In this document: positions 28,082 to 37,731 of the stretch, one piece after another | How the letters are laid out: the number at the start of each line of letters is the position of its first letter | Numbering within the stretch: the first letter of the stretch is position 1 | Assembly (NCBI GenBank): GCA_013815345.1 | Contig: JACDGK010000003.1 | Location: 18,897-82,896 of the forward strand | DNA length: 64,000 nucleotides | Direction: 5' to 3' | Source: Patescibacteria group bacterium | GTDB lineage: Bacteria > Patescibacteriota > Minisyncoccia > Phycocordibacterales > Phycocordibacteraceae | Made by a program: the position numbers and the translations under genes | Notes under the pieces: model-generated | The model's input: only the letters and a program-made list of their open reading frames with translations | What the model was told of the DNA's origin: nothing | The model's database searches: none

Positions 28082-29467
28082 ATGAAAGAACCCGTTACAC
28101 TTGAAGCCATCGTCTCACTTTGTAAAAGACGGGGATTCGTCTTTCCTGGTTCAGAAATATATGGCGGTCTCGCCGGCACTTTTGATTATGGTCCACTCGG
28201 TCTAACACTGAAGAAAAATATCGAGAAGCTGTGGTGGGAGCAATTTGTTGATATACGCGATGATATGTTTGGCATCGATTCTGCGATACTTATGAATCCT
28301 CGCGTATGGGAGGCTTCTGGGCATGCGGCCACTTTTAATGATCCACTTGTCACTGATGTAAAAACAAAAAAGCGGTATCGCGCCGACCACCTTCTCGAGG
28401 AAGCAGGGATCGACCCAGTGGGCATGAGTCTGGAAGAAATAGGAGCTATGCTGAGTGAAAAAGATATCAAGAGTCCTGATGGCAATTCTTTTAGTGAACC
28501 GCAACAATTCAATATGATGTTCAAGACATCAGTCGGCTCGGTCGAAGGGGGCGAGATGCCGCTGTATCTCCGTCCGGAGACCGCGCAGGGCATGTTCGTG
28601 AATTTCAAAAACATTATCGACTCGTTCCATCCAAAACTTCCATTCGGTATCGCGCAGATTGGCAGAGCGTTTCGAAATGAGATTGCTCCACGGGAATTCC
28701 TTTTCCGTGTGCGTGAGCTTGAAATTATGGAATTTGAATATTTCCTACAGGAAAAAGAATGGGAAACGGCATTCGAATATTGGCGGGTTCAAATACACGC
28801 GTGGTTTAAGATGCTGGGTTTCGAAGCCGACGATATAAAAGAAGTAGAAGTATCGGGTACCGATCGCGCGCATTATTCGAAACGTACCCTCGATTTTTAT
28901 TTTAAATATCCGAACGGCTACAAAGAGATCGGTGGACTAGCATACCGCACCGATTTTGACCTTACGAATCATGAGCGCGAGAGTGGTCAAGAGCTTCACT
29001 ATCTCGATCCCGAGACAAATGAAAAATCAGTGCCACACGTCATAGAACCGACCTTCGGTCTGGGTCGACACGTGCTCGCAGTACTCGCAAAGGCATACGA
29101 TGAAGACGAGCTTGGTGGGGAAACGCGCAGCGTGCTTCGTTTCAGTCCGAAACTCGCGCCGATAAAGGCGATGGTATCGCCACTTCTGAAAAATAAACCT
29201 GAACTAGTCGAGAAAGCGAGGGAAGTACGTGCGCAACTTCGAAAGATTCACCCAGCCATTGCGTGGGATGATAACGGCAACATCGGCAAGCGGTATCGTC
29301 GCCAAGATGAAATAGGCACGCCGTGGTGTATTACCATCGACTTCGACACACTTGGGGAAACTCCGGAACTCAAAGACGCCGTAACGCTCCGCGATCGCGA
29401 CACGGGAGAGCAAGAACGTCTCACGGTCGACGAAGTCGCCGAACGCATGCGCATCGCGCTTGCGTAA
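28082..29467 (+). CDS. glyQS: Glycyl-tRNA synthetase, alpha2 (archaeal/eukaryotic-like) type
   Basis: The N-terminus RRGFVFPGSEIYGGLAGTFDYGPLG plus class II motifs fit. Length is 461 aa. Confidence 0.9.
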   Translation: MKEPVTLEAIVSLCKRRGFVFPGSEIYGGLAGTFDYGPLGLTLKKNIEKLWWEQFVDIRDDMFGIDSAILMNPRVWEASGHAATFNDPLVTDVKTKKRYRADHLLEEAGIDPVGMSLEEIGAMLSEKDIKSPDGNSFSEPQQFNMMFKTSVGSVEGGEMPLYLRPETAQGMFVNFKNIIDSFHPKLPFGIAQIGRAFRNEIAPREFLFRVRELEIMEFEYFLQEKEWETAFEYWRVQIHAWFKMLGFEADDIKEVEVSGTDRAHYSKRTLDFYFKYPNGYKEIGGLAYRTDFDLTNHERESGQELHYLDPETNEKSVPHVIEPTFGLGRHVLAVLAKAYDEDELGGETRSVLRFSPKLAPIKAMVSPLLKNKPELVEKAREVRAQLRKIHPAIAWDDNGNIGKRYRRQDEIGTPWCITIDFDTLGETPELKDAVTLRDRDTGEQERLTVDEVAERMRIALA

Positions 29468-29539
29468 GAAAATTTTACGAACGATTGTTTTCTGTATGAA
29501 AAACTCGCCAATCCGAAGACAGCGAGCTTGTTAAGCGTC

Positions 29540-29851
29540 TCAAACTAATACTTCCATTTTTTCAAGTTTAAAATAAATCCAGTCGATTATCGCTCGATGC
29601 ACGGAGGAGGCAGGCGATAGCTCACCCCACTCCCACCGCTCGATCGTGATCCGATTTAGTGCAAATTCATCTCGAAACTCGTCGATGGAGATGCCGGAGA
29701 TACGAGCGAGTCGTATGATCTCTCCGAAATTCAACTGGCTCGTACCTTCTTCTTGAGGAAGGCAACCGTTCGCGAGCAAAAGAAGGAATTTCTTTCTTGT
29801 TTCTGATGCCACTTCAGCAATCAGACGAGCGTAGGGACTAGAGTTCATCAC
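29540..29851 (-). CDS. Hypothetical small protein, possibly HTH
   Basis: 103 aa. LNFGEIIRLARISGISIDEF resembles a helix-turn-helix. Confidence 0.3.
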   Translation of the reverse strand: MMNSSPYARLIAEVASETRKKFLLLLANGCLPQEEGTSQLNFGEIIRLARISGISIDEFRDEFALNRITIERWEWGELSPASSVHRAIIDWIYFKLEKMEVLV

Positions 29852-29960
29852 TCCCTCCGTGACTGTCTGGCTTGAACCATAGCATGAGGAGGTCTATTCG
29901 CCATATCCTAACCCCTAGTGTTGGAAGAAGGTAAAACTGTTTTTATGCTACTATTTTCGT

Positions 29961-31025
29961 ATGAATAAACAGGTGAACGTCACTATTTCGCTTAGCACCA
30001 TTCTCACCATTCTCCTTATAGGTGCGGGTGCGTACGCTCTCTGGATTCTCCGCGGTCTCGTTCTTCTCGTGCTCACCGCCGTAGTCATCGCCTCGGCTAT
30101 CGAGCCGGGTGTCATCGCATTTCGCCGCTTGCGGATTCCCCGTGTGCTCGCGGTGTCGCTTATGTACATACTCGTGTTCGGTACGCTCTTCGGTATTATT
30201 TATTTCTTCTTTCCTCCGATACTAAACGATACCGAGAATTTCCTCTCGATCATTCCGCAATACTTGAACACGCTTAATTTGCCTGGAGGAGTTCTAAACG
30301 GTACACCTTTCGGCACTCCTTCGGGAGCGCATCAGTCACAATCGATCTTCCAAACATTGTTTGCATTCCAATCAGCTTTTTCGGTAGGCACTTCCGCGGG
30401 CGCATTCCGTTTGATCTCGACATTCTTCGGCGGTGTCTTTTCTCTCTTCATCGTCGTAGTCCTTTCATTTTATTTTGCGATACAAGAAACGGGCGTCGAG
30501 GACTTCTTGAGACTTGTCACCCCATCCCGTTTTGAAACGTATGTAATCGATCTCTGGCATCGCGCACAGGTAAAGATCGGTCAATGGATGCAGGGTCAAC
30601 TCCTGCTCTCACTTATTGGTGCGGTGATCATTTACCTCGGGCTTCTTATTATTGGCGTGCCAGACGCACTCCTCTTGGCAGTATTCACGGGTATTGCAGA
30701 ACTCATCCCAATATTTGGCTCATTCATAGCAGGTTTTCCTGCTGTCATTATCGCGTACTCGGCGGGGGGCGTACCACTCGCGCTTATTGTGGCGGGTCTC
30801 TTTATCATCGTGAATCAGTTTGAAGGGAATCTGATCCATCCTCTGGTGGTGAAAAAGGTCGTAGGCGTGCCGCCTCTGCTTGTCCTCCTAGCTATCATCG
30901 CAGGTGGCGACCTGGCAGGGTTCTTGGGTGTCGTACTCGCCGTGCCGCTCGCGGCGGTTGTGCGAGAAGCGCTCGGTGACTATGACCGCCGCAAACGCCG
31001 CCTTGCGAGTCCGGAGAAACCATAA
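29961..31025 (+). CDS. AI-2E family transporter (PerM/YdiK-like, UPF0118)
   Basis: Has eight TM segments. The GIAELIPIFGSFIAGFPAVIIAY region is typical of AI-2E transporters. Confidence 0.75.
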   Translation: MNKQVNVTISLSTILTILLIGAGAYALWILRGLVLLVLTAVVIASAIEPGVIAFRRLRIPRVLAVSLMYILVFGTLFGIIYFFFPPILNDTENFLSIIPQYLNTLNLPGGVLNGTPFGTPSGAHQSQSIFQTLFAFQSAFSVGTSAGAFRLISTFFGGVFSLFIVVVLSFYFAIQETGVEDFLRLVTPSRFETYVIDLWHRAQVKIGQWMQGQLLLSLIGAVIIYLGLLIIGVPDALLLAVFTGIAELIPIFGSFIAGFPAVIIAYSAGGVPLALIVAGLFIIVNQFEGNLIHPLVVKKVVGVPPLLVLLAIIAGGDLAGFLGVVLAVPLAAVVREALGDYDRRKRRLASPEKP

Positions 31026-31031
31026 CCCACA

Positions 31032-32477
31032 ATGAGTCGCTATATTACGACTACGTTGCCCTATGTAAATGGCGATCCACACATCGGCCATTCGCTCGAA
31101 TTCGTGCAAGCGGATACGCTTGCACGCGTATGGCGATCACAAGGCGAAGAGGTGTTTTTCTCCACTGGCACCGATGAACATGGTCAGAAAATATTCGAAG
31201 CGGCTGCAAAAGCTGAGACAGAAGTGCATTCGTATGTAGATCAGTATGCGAAAGAATTTCAAAAACTCATGGGCGCCTTAGATATAAGCAATACATTGTT
31301 TGTGCGTACGACTGATCCTCATCACTATGAAGCAGCACAAGAGATGTGGCGTCGATGTGCCGAAGCCGGGGATGTTTATGAGAAATCATATCGAGGTCTG
31401 TACTGCGTGGGGTGCGAAGCATTTAAGACGGAACATGAACTCGACGCAGAAGGACGCTGTATTTTGCATCTTTCGCTTATGCCCCAGTTTCTCGAAGAAA
31501 AGAATTATTTCTTTCGACTTTCGAATTACGCAAATCAGTTACTTGAATACTTAGGTCATCCGGAAGCCGTTCTTCCGCAGTGGAGAAGGGAAGAGGCTAT
31601 CAATTTCGTGAATCAAGGTCTTGAAGACATCAGTATTTCTCGAGAGAAAAGTAGGCTCGCGTGGGGCGTGCCTGTTCCCCATGACGATACGCAAGTCATG
31701 TACGTGTGGTTTGACGCGCTTACCAGCTACCTCTCAATTCTTGGCTGGCCGAATGATCCAGATGGAAATGTTGAGAAATTTTGGAATCAAGGGGAAACAT
31801 TGCAATTTGCAGGGAAAGATCAGGTCCGTTTTCAATCGATCCTGTGGCAGGCCATGCTCATGTCGGCAAAGATGAAAGTAACCGACCACGTTTTCTATCA
31901 TGGATTTATAAATTCGAATGGCCAAAGAATGAGCAAGAGTTTAGGAAACGTTATCAGCCCGTATGAGCTTATTTCAAAATATGGCACTGACGCGACCCGC
32001 TACATCCTTTTACGGCACATTCATCCAGCGAATGATTCGGACGTGACCTGGGAACGACTCGATGAATGGTATACAGCACATCTGGTAAACGGGCTTGGCA
32101 ATCTCGTAGCACGTGTGATGAAATTGGCCGAAAGTTATCTCTCCTCTCCGGTATCACTCGAACTCAACGACACGAGCATCGACGATACCTTTATCAATAG
32201 AACGGAGGAATTTCGTTTCAACGAAGCGGTAGACTACATATTCGATATGATCGCAGAGTGTGACGCGGTCATGACCGAGCGCGAGCCGTATAAAAAAGTG
32301 AAAAGCGATCTACAAAGTTTGAGCGACGAAGGGAAGGGTGATATTACGCTGCTCGTGCGGCATCTCGCGAAGATCGCCATACAACTTTCAGCGGTTATGC
32401 CACAGACTTCCGAAATAATTCTCTCTGCAGTGAAAAAGAACATCAAACCAGAGAATCTTTTTCCACGACTTACCTAA
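31032..32477 (+). CDS. metG: Methionyl-tRNA synthetase (short form without a C-terminal dimerisation domain)
   Basis: Has HIGH as PHIGHSLEF and KMSKS as RMSKSLGN. Confidence 0.9.
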   Translation: MSRYITTTLPYVNGDPHIGHSLEFVQADTLARVWRSQGEEVFFSTGTDEHGQKIFEAAAKAETEVHSYVDQYAKEFQKLMGALDISNTLFVRTTDPHHYEAAQEMWRRCAEAGDVYEKSYRGLYCVGCEAFKTEHELDAEGRCILHLSLMPQFLEEKNYFFRLSNYANQLLEYLGHPEAVLPQWRREEAINFVNQGLEDISISREKSRLAWGVPVPHDDTQVMYVWFDALTSYLSILGWPNDPDGNVEKFWNQGETLQFAGKDQVRFQSILWQAMLMSAKMKVTDHVFYHGFINSNGQRMSKSLGNVISPYELISKYGTDATRYILLRHIHPANDSDVTWERLDEWYTAHLVNGLGNLVARVMKLAESYLSSPVSLELNDTSIDDTFINRTEEFRFNEAVDYIFDMIAECDAVMTEREPYKKVKSDLQSLSDEGKGDITLLVRHLAKIAIQLSAVMPQTSEIILSAVKKNIKPENLFPRLT

Positions 32478-32484
32478 TTAGTCT

Positions 32485-33276
32485 ATGCAGTATTTTGACG
32501 CGCACTGCCACATTCAGTTTTCGGCGTATGACGACGATAGGGAAGCAGTCGTGAAGAGAATGCAGGAAGCGGAAGTCGGCGGACTCGTCGTCGGCGTGAA
32601 TCTCGCTTCTTCACAGGCGGCGTTTGAATTAGTACAGAGTGCCGAGAATCTTTTTGCATCGGTCGGACTTCATCCGAATGATATGAGTGAAGTATTCGAC
32701 CTGGAGGCATTTGAGGAGTTAGCGCGACAACCGAAGGTTGTCGCGCTCGGCGAATGCGGTCTCGATTACTATCGCCCCGAAGAACCCGCCGCAGTAAAGC
32801 AAAAACAAAAAAAAGTATTCGAGCAACAGATCGAACTTGCCGTGAAATACAATAAGCCGCTCATGATACATTCCCGACCTAGCAAAGGAACCCAGGATGC
32901 GTATCACGATACGATAGACTTACTCACTTCGAAAAAACACAAATATGGGGATCGACTCAAGGGTGATATGCATTTTTTCGTAGGAGGCATTGAGGAAGCA
33001 CGAAAATTTGTCGATCTCGACTTTACTCTTTCATACACTGCAGTGATTACCTTCGCACGCGACTACGATGAGGTCATTCGATACATCCCTCGCACCCATC
33101 TTCTCACCGAGACTGATTCACCGTATGTGGCGCCAGCTCCAAACCGAGGGAAGCGAAACGAGCCGCTCGCCGCCAAAGAAGTAGTGAAAGCATTCGCACA
33201 GATTCGAGGAGAAGAGGAAGAAGATGTGCGACTCGCCGTGCTCCAAAATGCGGCCAAAATCTTCAGTTTTTCTTGA
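32485..33276 (+). CDS. tatD: TatD-family metal-dependent DNase
   Basis: N-terminal FDAHCHIQF, and ECGLDYYR. Length is 263 aa. Confidence 0.85.
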   Translation: MQYFDAHCHIQFSAYDDDREAVVKRMQEAEVGGLVVGVNLASSQAAFELVQSAENLFASVGLHPNDMSEVFDLEAFEELARQPKVVALGECGLDYYRPEEPAAVKQKQKKVFEQQIELAVKYNKPLMIHSRPSKGTQDAYHDTIDLLTSKKHKYGDRLKGDMHFFVGGIEEARKFVDLDFTLSYTAVITFARDYDEVIRYIPRTHLLTETDSPYVAPAPNRGKRNEPLAAKEVVKAFAQIRGEEEEDVRLAVLQNAAKIFSFS

Positions 33277-33336
33277 TTTCCGCTTCATTTTTATTTTCTT
33301 GCGAGTACCAAAATCCCGTGCTACTATCGTCTCATT

Positions 33337-33840
33337 ATGGCTCGCGAAGATGCTGAAGAAAAAAAAGATATGAACGCCGACATAGAGTCGGAGAGTAACC
33401 ACGCGGAACCACGTGTGTATGAACTCAGCTTTCATATTGATGCGGATCTTCCCCAAGAAGAAGCAAAAAAAGCGTATGAGGCACTCAAAGATGCTATTTC
33501 TTCAAATGATGGATCGCTTCTTGCCGAAGGCGAACCTGAAAAGATCCAACTTGCCTATACCATTTCTCGTATGGAGCCAGCGGGTCGTCGCGACTGGGAT
33601 GCCTCTTTTTTCGGCTGGCTTGCCTATGAATCTACCGGAGAAGGGCATAATGCCGTGATACGTACCGCCGGCGCCGATGGACGTATTTTCCGTTTTCTTG
33701 ATGTGCGTACGACAAAAGATGCTGCAAAACATTCGGCAGAAATGCATGAATTTTATCGCAAGGCCCCTGAGGCTCATGCTGAAGAAGAAGCAGCCGATCT
33801 AGAGCTCGACACCGCCCTCAAAGAAGCAGGAGTCGCGTAA
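33337..33840 (+). CDS. rpsF: Ribosomal protein S6 (extended)
   Basis: The RVYELSFHIDADLPQEE..LAEGEPEKIQLAYTI pattern matches S6. It sits in the classic rpsF-ssb-rpsR arrangement. Confidence 0.65.
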   Translation: MAREDAEEKKDMNADIESESNHAEPRVYELSFHIDADLPQEEAKKAYEALKDAISSNDGSLLAEGEPEKIQLAYTISRMEPAGRRDWDASFFGWLAYESTGEGHNAVIRTAGADGRIFRFLDVRTTKDAAKHSAEMHEFYRKAPEAHAEEEAADLELDTALKEAGVA

Positions 33841-33846
33841 ACCACT

Positions 33847-34350
33847 ATGTATTTGAACAAAGTACTTTTGTATGGAAATCTCACTCGCGACCCCGAGGTT
33901 CGTGCGCTCCCTTCAGGTCAACAGGTGGCAAATTTCTCTATTGCAACAAATCGTACCTTCACTGATAAAGAAGGCCGAAAGCAAGACTCCACGGAGTACC
34001 ACAACATAGTGGCCTTCGGGCGACAGGCAGAAGTGATCGGTCAGTATATGAAAAAAGGCCGACCGCTTTTCGTAGAAGGACGTCTCCAGACCCGCTCATG
34101 GGAAGCAGAAGGAAAAAAGAATTACCGCACTGAAATCGTCATTGATAATTTCCAGTTCGGTCCTTCGGCTCCTGGCGCAGGAGGAAGCATGGGCGGAAGT
34201 ACGGGAGGTGCACAGGGAAGTAATCAAAACAGTAGCAGTTCTTCAGCTGGCGCAAGTGGATCAATGCCTGACATGAATTCTGCAGCGCCTTCTTCAGATG
34301 AAATCCAGTACCCTGACGATGAGATCAATCCTGAGGACATACCATTTTAG
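33847..34350 (+). CDS. ssb: Single-stranded DNA-binding protein
   Basis: Has an OB-fold (LYGNLTRDPEVR..TEYHNIVAFGRQAEV), a Gly/Ser-rich linker and the acidic tail ..DDEINPEDIPF. Confidence 0.85.
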   Translation: MYLNKVLLYGNLTRDPEVRALPSGQQVANFSIATNRTFTDKEGRKQDSTEYHNIVAFGRQAEVIGQYMKKGRPLFVEGRLQTRSWEAEGKKNYRTEIVIDNFQFGPSAPGAGGSMGGSTGGAQGSNQNSSSSSAGASGSMPDMNSAAPSSDEIQYPDDEINPEDIPF

Positions 34351-34380
34351 TACGAAATACAATTAGCTAATTATTTACCT

Positions 34381-34587
34381 ATGGCCTATCAAGCTGAACG
34401 AGAAGAAATAGAGCACAAGAAATTTGTCGACTATAAAGATGTCGTCTATTTGAAGCAGTTCACTAATCCTCACGCGAAAATTCTCTCGCGCAAGCGCACC
34501 GGTATCCCTGCCGACAAGCAGCGTGAAATATCTCTCGCAATAAAACGCGCGCGATTCATGGCATTGTTGCCGTATCTCGCAGCATAG
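34381..34587 (+). CDS. rpsR: Ribosomal protein S18
   Basis: FVDYKDVVYLKQFTNPHAKILSRKRTGIPADKQREISLAIKRARFMALLPY. Confidence 0.85.
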   Translation: MAYQAEREEIEHKKFVDYKDVVYLKQFTNPHAKILSRKRTGIPADKQREISLAIKRARFMALLPYLAA

Positions 34588-34597
34588 ATAAGCAAAA

Positions 34598-34650
34598 AAC
34601 AAAAAGACGCGGCCTAAGTGATTAGGCTGCGTCTTTTTGTTTTTTTGCTC
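34598..34650. terminator. Bidirectional terminator between rpsR (+) and efp (-)
   Basis: AAAAAGACGCGGCCTAAGTGATTAGGCTGCGTCTTTTT flanked by A/T runs. The loop contains CCTAAGTG. Confidence 0.6.
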
Positions 34651-34662
34651 TCTTTGAGATAA

Positions 34663-35238
34663 TTACGCTTTTTCCATCCGCTCGACATACTCGCCGAGCT
34701 CTGTGTTGATGCGCAGCACATCGCCTGGATTGATGAAAAGAGGCGTGAGAACGGTTGCTCCTGATTCAAGCGTCACCAGCTTACTGCCGCCAGTCGCGGT
34801 GTCGCCTTTTACCGCAGGAGGCGCATCGGTCACTTTCAGATCGATCTTTACGGGAATACTGATCGTAACCGGTTTGTCATTGTACGTGAGTACGTTCACC
34901 TGTGTATTCTGCACGAGCCACTGCACTTTATCGTGCACCATGCTCTCAGGAAACGAAAAACGGTTTTTTGGATTGCCTACTTCGGCAAACCACGACTCAT
35001 CGCGATTCGTATAGAGATAGAGCGCCTCGATCGTGGCGATGTCCGCTTCGGGCACACTTTCATTCTGGTGGAAGGAGATTTCCGTAACCTTGCCGGACAC
35101 CAGATGCCGCAGTTTCGTTTGATTTACGGGCTTACGTTGCTGCATGCGAAAAACGTGCGACGAGAGTACTTCGTACGGCTCATTGTTGTATTGAATGACC
35201 TTTTTCTGGACGATTTCGTTATAGGAAAGGATAGCCAT
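34663..35238 (-). CDS. efp: Elongation factor P
   Basis: 191 aa with the EF-P three-domain pattern (..RKPVNQTKLRHLVSGKV.., ..ATGGSKLVTLESGATVLTP..). Confidence 0.8.
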   Translation of the reverse strand: MAILSYNEIVQKKVIQYNNEPYEVLSSHVFRMQQRKPVNQTKLRHLVSGKVTEISFHQNESVPEADIATIEALYLYTNRDESWFAEVGNPKNRFSFPESMVHDKVQWLVQNTQVNVLTYNDKPVTISIPVKIDLKVTDAPPAVKGDTATGGSKLVTLESGATVLTPLFINPGDVLRINTELGEYVERMEKA

Positions 35239-35308
35239 AGGATAGGAACTTACTCATAATTTCTTAGATATCTGCAACTCCAGAACCGTTCGAATAGTTA
35301 TAAAAAAT

Positions 35309-35974
35309 GTGGCGCCCGAACTATACCGGGGGACACGTGCTGCGGATAACGGTATGATACAGGACATAATGCGCAAGGCAAACCGGCAGGCCAAAATGAC
35401 CGAGATCTTGAAAGATGCTTCAGACGAAGAGGTTCTTCACGCGTCGCGCCAAGACCCTGACGCCTTTGGTGTTCTGGTGGAGCGGTACGAGGAGGCGTTC
35501 TTGCGAAAGGCTCGAAGTATTCTGCGAACGCACGAAGATGCCGAGGAAGTGGTACAGGACACCTTCACGCGAATCTACCTGTATGCAGACCGATATCAGC
35601 CGCAAGAAGGAGCCGTGTTCACTTCCTGGGCCTACGCGATTCTCATTCGGCTTGCCTTTACTCGCTATCAGAAGATGAAAAAGCAGCGGGGAAGAACGTA
35701 TGATCTTGAGCCAGAAGCGTATGAACGATTACCGGACGAGAGTGAATTTCTGGAAGATCTCACCATTCGCGACGAAGTACTCATGGCATTCTCAAAGATT
35801 CCTGAAACAGCTTCGCGAATTCTCCGATTGCAGTTTATCGAGGGTAAATCACAAGAAGAGATCGCCGCCGTGGAAGGCACAAGCGTATCCGCGGTAAAGA
35901 CTCGAGTGCACCGTGCCAAGAAACTTTTTAAAAAAGCGTTTGTACAGAATATTGCCTATGACGACACAAAATAA
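35309..35974 (+). CDS. ECF-type sigma-70 family RNA polymerase sigma factor
   Basis: Region 2 is EEVVQDTFTRIYLYADRYQ..SWAYAILIR. Region 4 is SQEEIAAVEGTSVSAVKTRVHRAKKLFKK. Confidence 0.7.
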   Translation: MAPELYRGTRAADNGMIQDIMRKANRQAKMTEILKDASDEEVLHASRQDPDAFGVLVERYEEAFLRKARSILRTHEDAEEVVQDTFTRIYLYADRYQPQEGAVFTSWAYAILIRLAFTRYQKMKKQRGRTYDLEPEAYERLPDESEFLEDLTIRDEVLMAFSKIPETASRILRLQFIEGKSQEEIAAVEGTSVSAVKTRVHRAKKLFKKAFVQNIAYDDTK

Positions 35975-36290
35975 CTCTTCTCTTCATACGAATGTTATGC
36001 GACGCGTGTACATTATTCACGTGCTCAATCCGCTATTTACAGCGACCGTCTTTTCTGTTTTCGTCTTCCTGCTAGCCGGGTGGGGAATCGGGAGGGAAGT
36101 TTGGCTAGCGCACATACTCCAAAACATGCCGTCTCCGACTGATATTGGTGCGGTAGCTCGGTTCTATCTTGCCGCTTTTGCAAATACTCGTTTTATCGTT
36201 CAAGCGCTTTCGATCATCGTTGTCGGTGCATTTATCTGGCTTGTGGTCAGTGTCGCCAAGACGTTAAAGACTCTCACGAGATTCGTTTAG
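35958..36290 (+). CDS. Putative membrane anti-sigma factor (by context only)
   Basis: A small two-TM protein overlaps the 3' end of the ECF sigma gene. No sequence motif supports the call. Confidence 0.3.
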   Translation: MTTQNNSSLHTNVMRRVYIIHVLNPLFTATVFSVFVFLLAGWGIGREVWLAHILQNMPSPTDIGAVARFYLAAFANTRFIVQALSIIVVGAFIWLVVSVAKTLKTLTRFV

Positions 36291-36292
36291 TT

Positions 36293-37351
36293 TTACACTT
36301 CAGCTAATTTCTCGCGAATCTTTTTCAAAACCTCTGTTGCGATAGGCTTGTTCTCGCGCAGGAAGGTACGCGTAGCATCATATCCTCGTCCGAGCTTCGT
36401 TTCTCCATAGCTATAGCTCGTGCCGGATTTCTGGATGATGTCGTATTTTTCACCGAGCGCGATAAGCTCGCCTTCACGACTGATGCCCTCATTATACATG
36501 AGGTCAAATTCAGTCGTCTTGAAAGGTGCTGCGACTTTATTTTTCACTACCTTAACCCGCACTCGGCCGCCCACAACCTCCTCACCTTTTTTGATTTGAG
36601 CGATACGGCGGATATCGAGACGTACCGATGTGTAGAATTTTAGTGCTTTACCGCCAGTCGTCGTTTCAGGATTGCCGAACATCACGCCTATCTGCATGCG
36701 GATTTGATTGATAAAAATAATTATAGTTTTGGATTTTGCGGTAATAGCCGTGAGTTTGCGGAGCGCCTGACTCATGAGGCGTGCTTGCTTTCCCATCTGT
36801 GACTGTCCCATATCTCCCTCGATTTCATCTTTCGGGGTGAGCGCTGCTACCGAATCCACGACAATGACATCAACTGAATTAGCACGCACCAGTGACTCAA
36901 CGATCTCGAGTGCCTGCTCACCAGTGTCCGGTTGCGAAATAAGAAGCTCTTCAAGTTTTACGCCAATCTTCCGTGCGTATTCAGGATCGAGGGCGTGCTC
37001 GGCATCGACGAATGCGCAGATGCCGCCTTTCTTTTGCGCCTCAGCAATAGCATGGAGCGCAAGCGTGGTTTTACCGCTTGACTCCGGCCCAAATATTTCG
37101 ACGATGCGACCGCGGGGAAGCCCCCCGATACCGAGTGCGGCATCCAGACCAATTGAACCCGTTGAAATAGAAGCAATAGCGGCTACTTTTCCCGAGCCAT
37201 ACGTCATAATGGCTTCGTCGCCAAATTTTGTTTTAATCTCTTTTATCGCCAGCTCGATAGCCCGGCGCTTCGAGTCGGGATTTGCTTCGTTTTCCTCAGT
37301 TGTCGAGGTTTCGGGTCGAGGAGCTTTCTTTGCGGCTTTTTTTACGGGCAT
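36293..37351 (-). CDS. recA: Recombinase RecA
   Basis: Has Walker A ([13 protein letters not shown]), IVVDSVAAL, and the L2 loop region. Confidence 0.95.
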   Translation of the reverse strand: MPVKKAAKKAPRPETSTTEENEANPDSKRRAIELAIKEIKTKFGDEAIMTYGSGKVAAIASISTGSIGLDAALGIGGLPRGRIVEIFGPESSGKTTLALHAIAEAQKKGGICAFVDAEHALDPEYARKIGVKLEELLISQPDTGEQALEIVESLVRANSVDVIVVDSVAALTPKDEIEGDMGQSQMGKQARLMSQALRKLTAITAKSKTIIIFINQIRMQIGVMFGNPETTTGGKALKFYTSVRLDIRRIAQIKKGEEVVGGRVRVKVVKNKVAAPFKTTEFDLMYNEGISREGELIALGEKYDIIQKSGTSYSYGETKLGRGYDATRTFLRENKPIATEVLKKIREKLAEV

Positions 37352-37398
37352 AGGTCGGGTATTTAAAATGTAAATAAATGTCTGAACGGTGCTGTTTT

Positions 37399-37725
37399 TT
37401 ACGGAACAAATATCGTGCGCTCGGCCGTGGTCGTTCTTCCAAAGCGATCAGTGGCGGTTAACGTCAGTATAGCGCCTCCCTGAGGAAGCACGAGCGTCTT
37501 CGAAAATCGCCCCTTTTGGTCAATCAGCAAAGGTCCACCGTCGAGACTCACGCTTTTAGTATGTACTGCCGTTCCTGAGATAGAGATGAAGGCAGTATCA
37601 AATCTTTCTCCATTTCTGGGAGAAGTGATAGCGAGCTCAGGGCCTGCGATCAAGGCCCACGCTTCCTTCACGCCATAGCCCACTACGAGCAATAATATAA
37701 TGACAGTGAGAATGCGAAGCACCAT
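37399..37725 (-). CDS. Hypothetical small secreted/membrane-anchored protein
   Basis: 108 aa with an N-terminal TM. Confidence 0.35.
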   Translation of the reverse strand: MVLRILTVIILLLVVGYGVKEAWALIAGPELAITSPRNGERFDTAFISISGTAVHTKSVSLDGGPLLIDQKGRFSKTLVLPQGGAILTLTATDRFGRTTTAERTIFVP

Positions 37726-37731
37726 ATTTTA

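Noticed and set aside
36774-37373. 199-aa ORF on the + strand antisense to recA, and similar long antisense ORFs (4557-4958, 45139-45720, 12756-13367, 59749-60213)
   Set aside because: They lie entirely within well-supported conserved genes on the opposite strand and have low-complexity Ser/Ala/Arg-rich translations. They are typical shadow ORFs.
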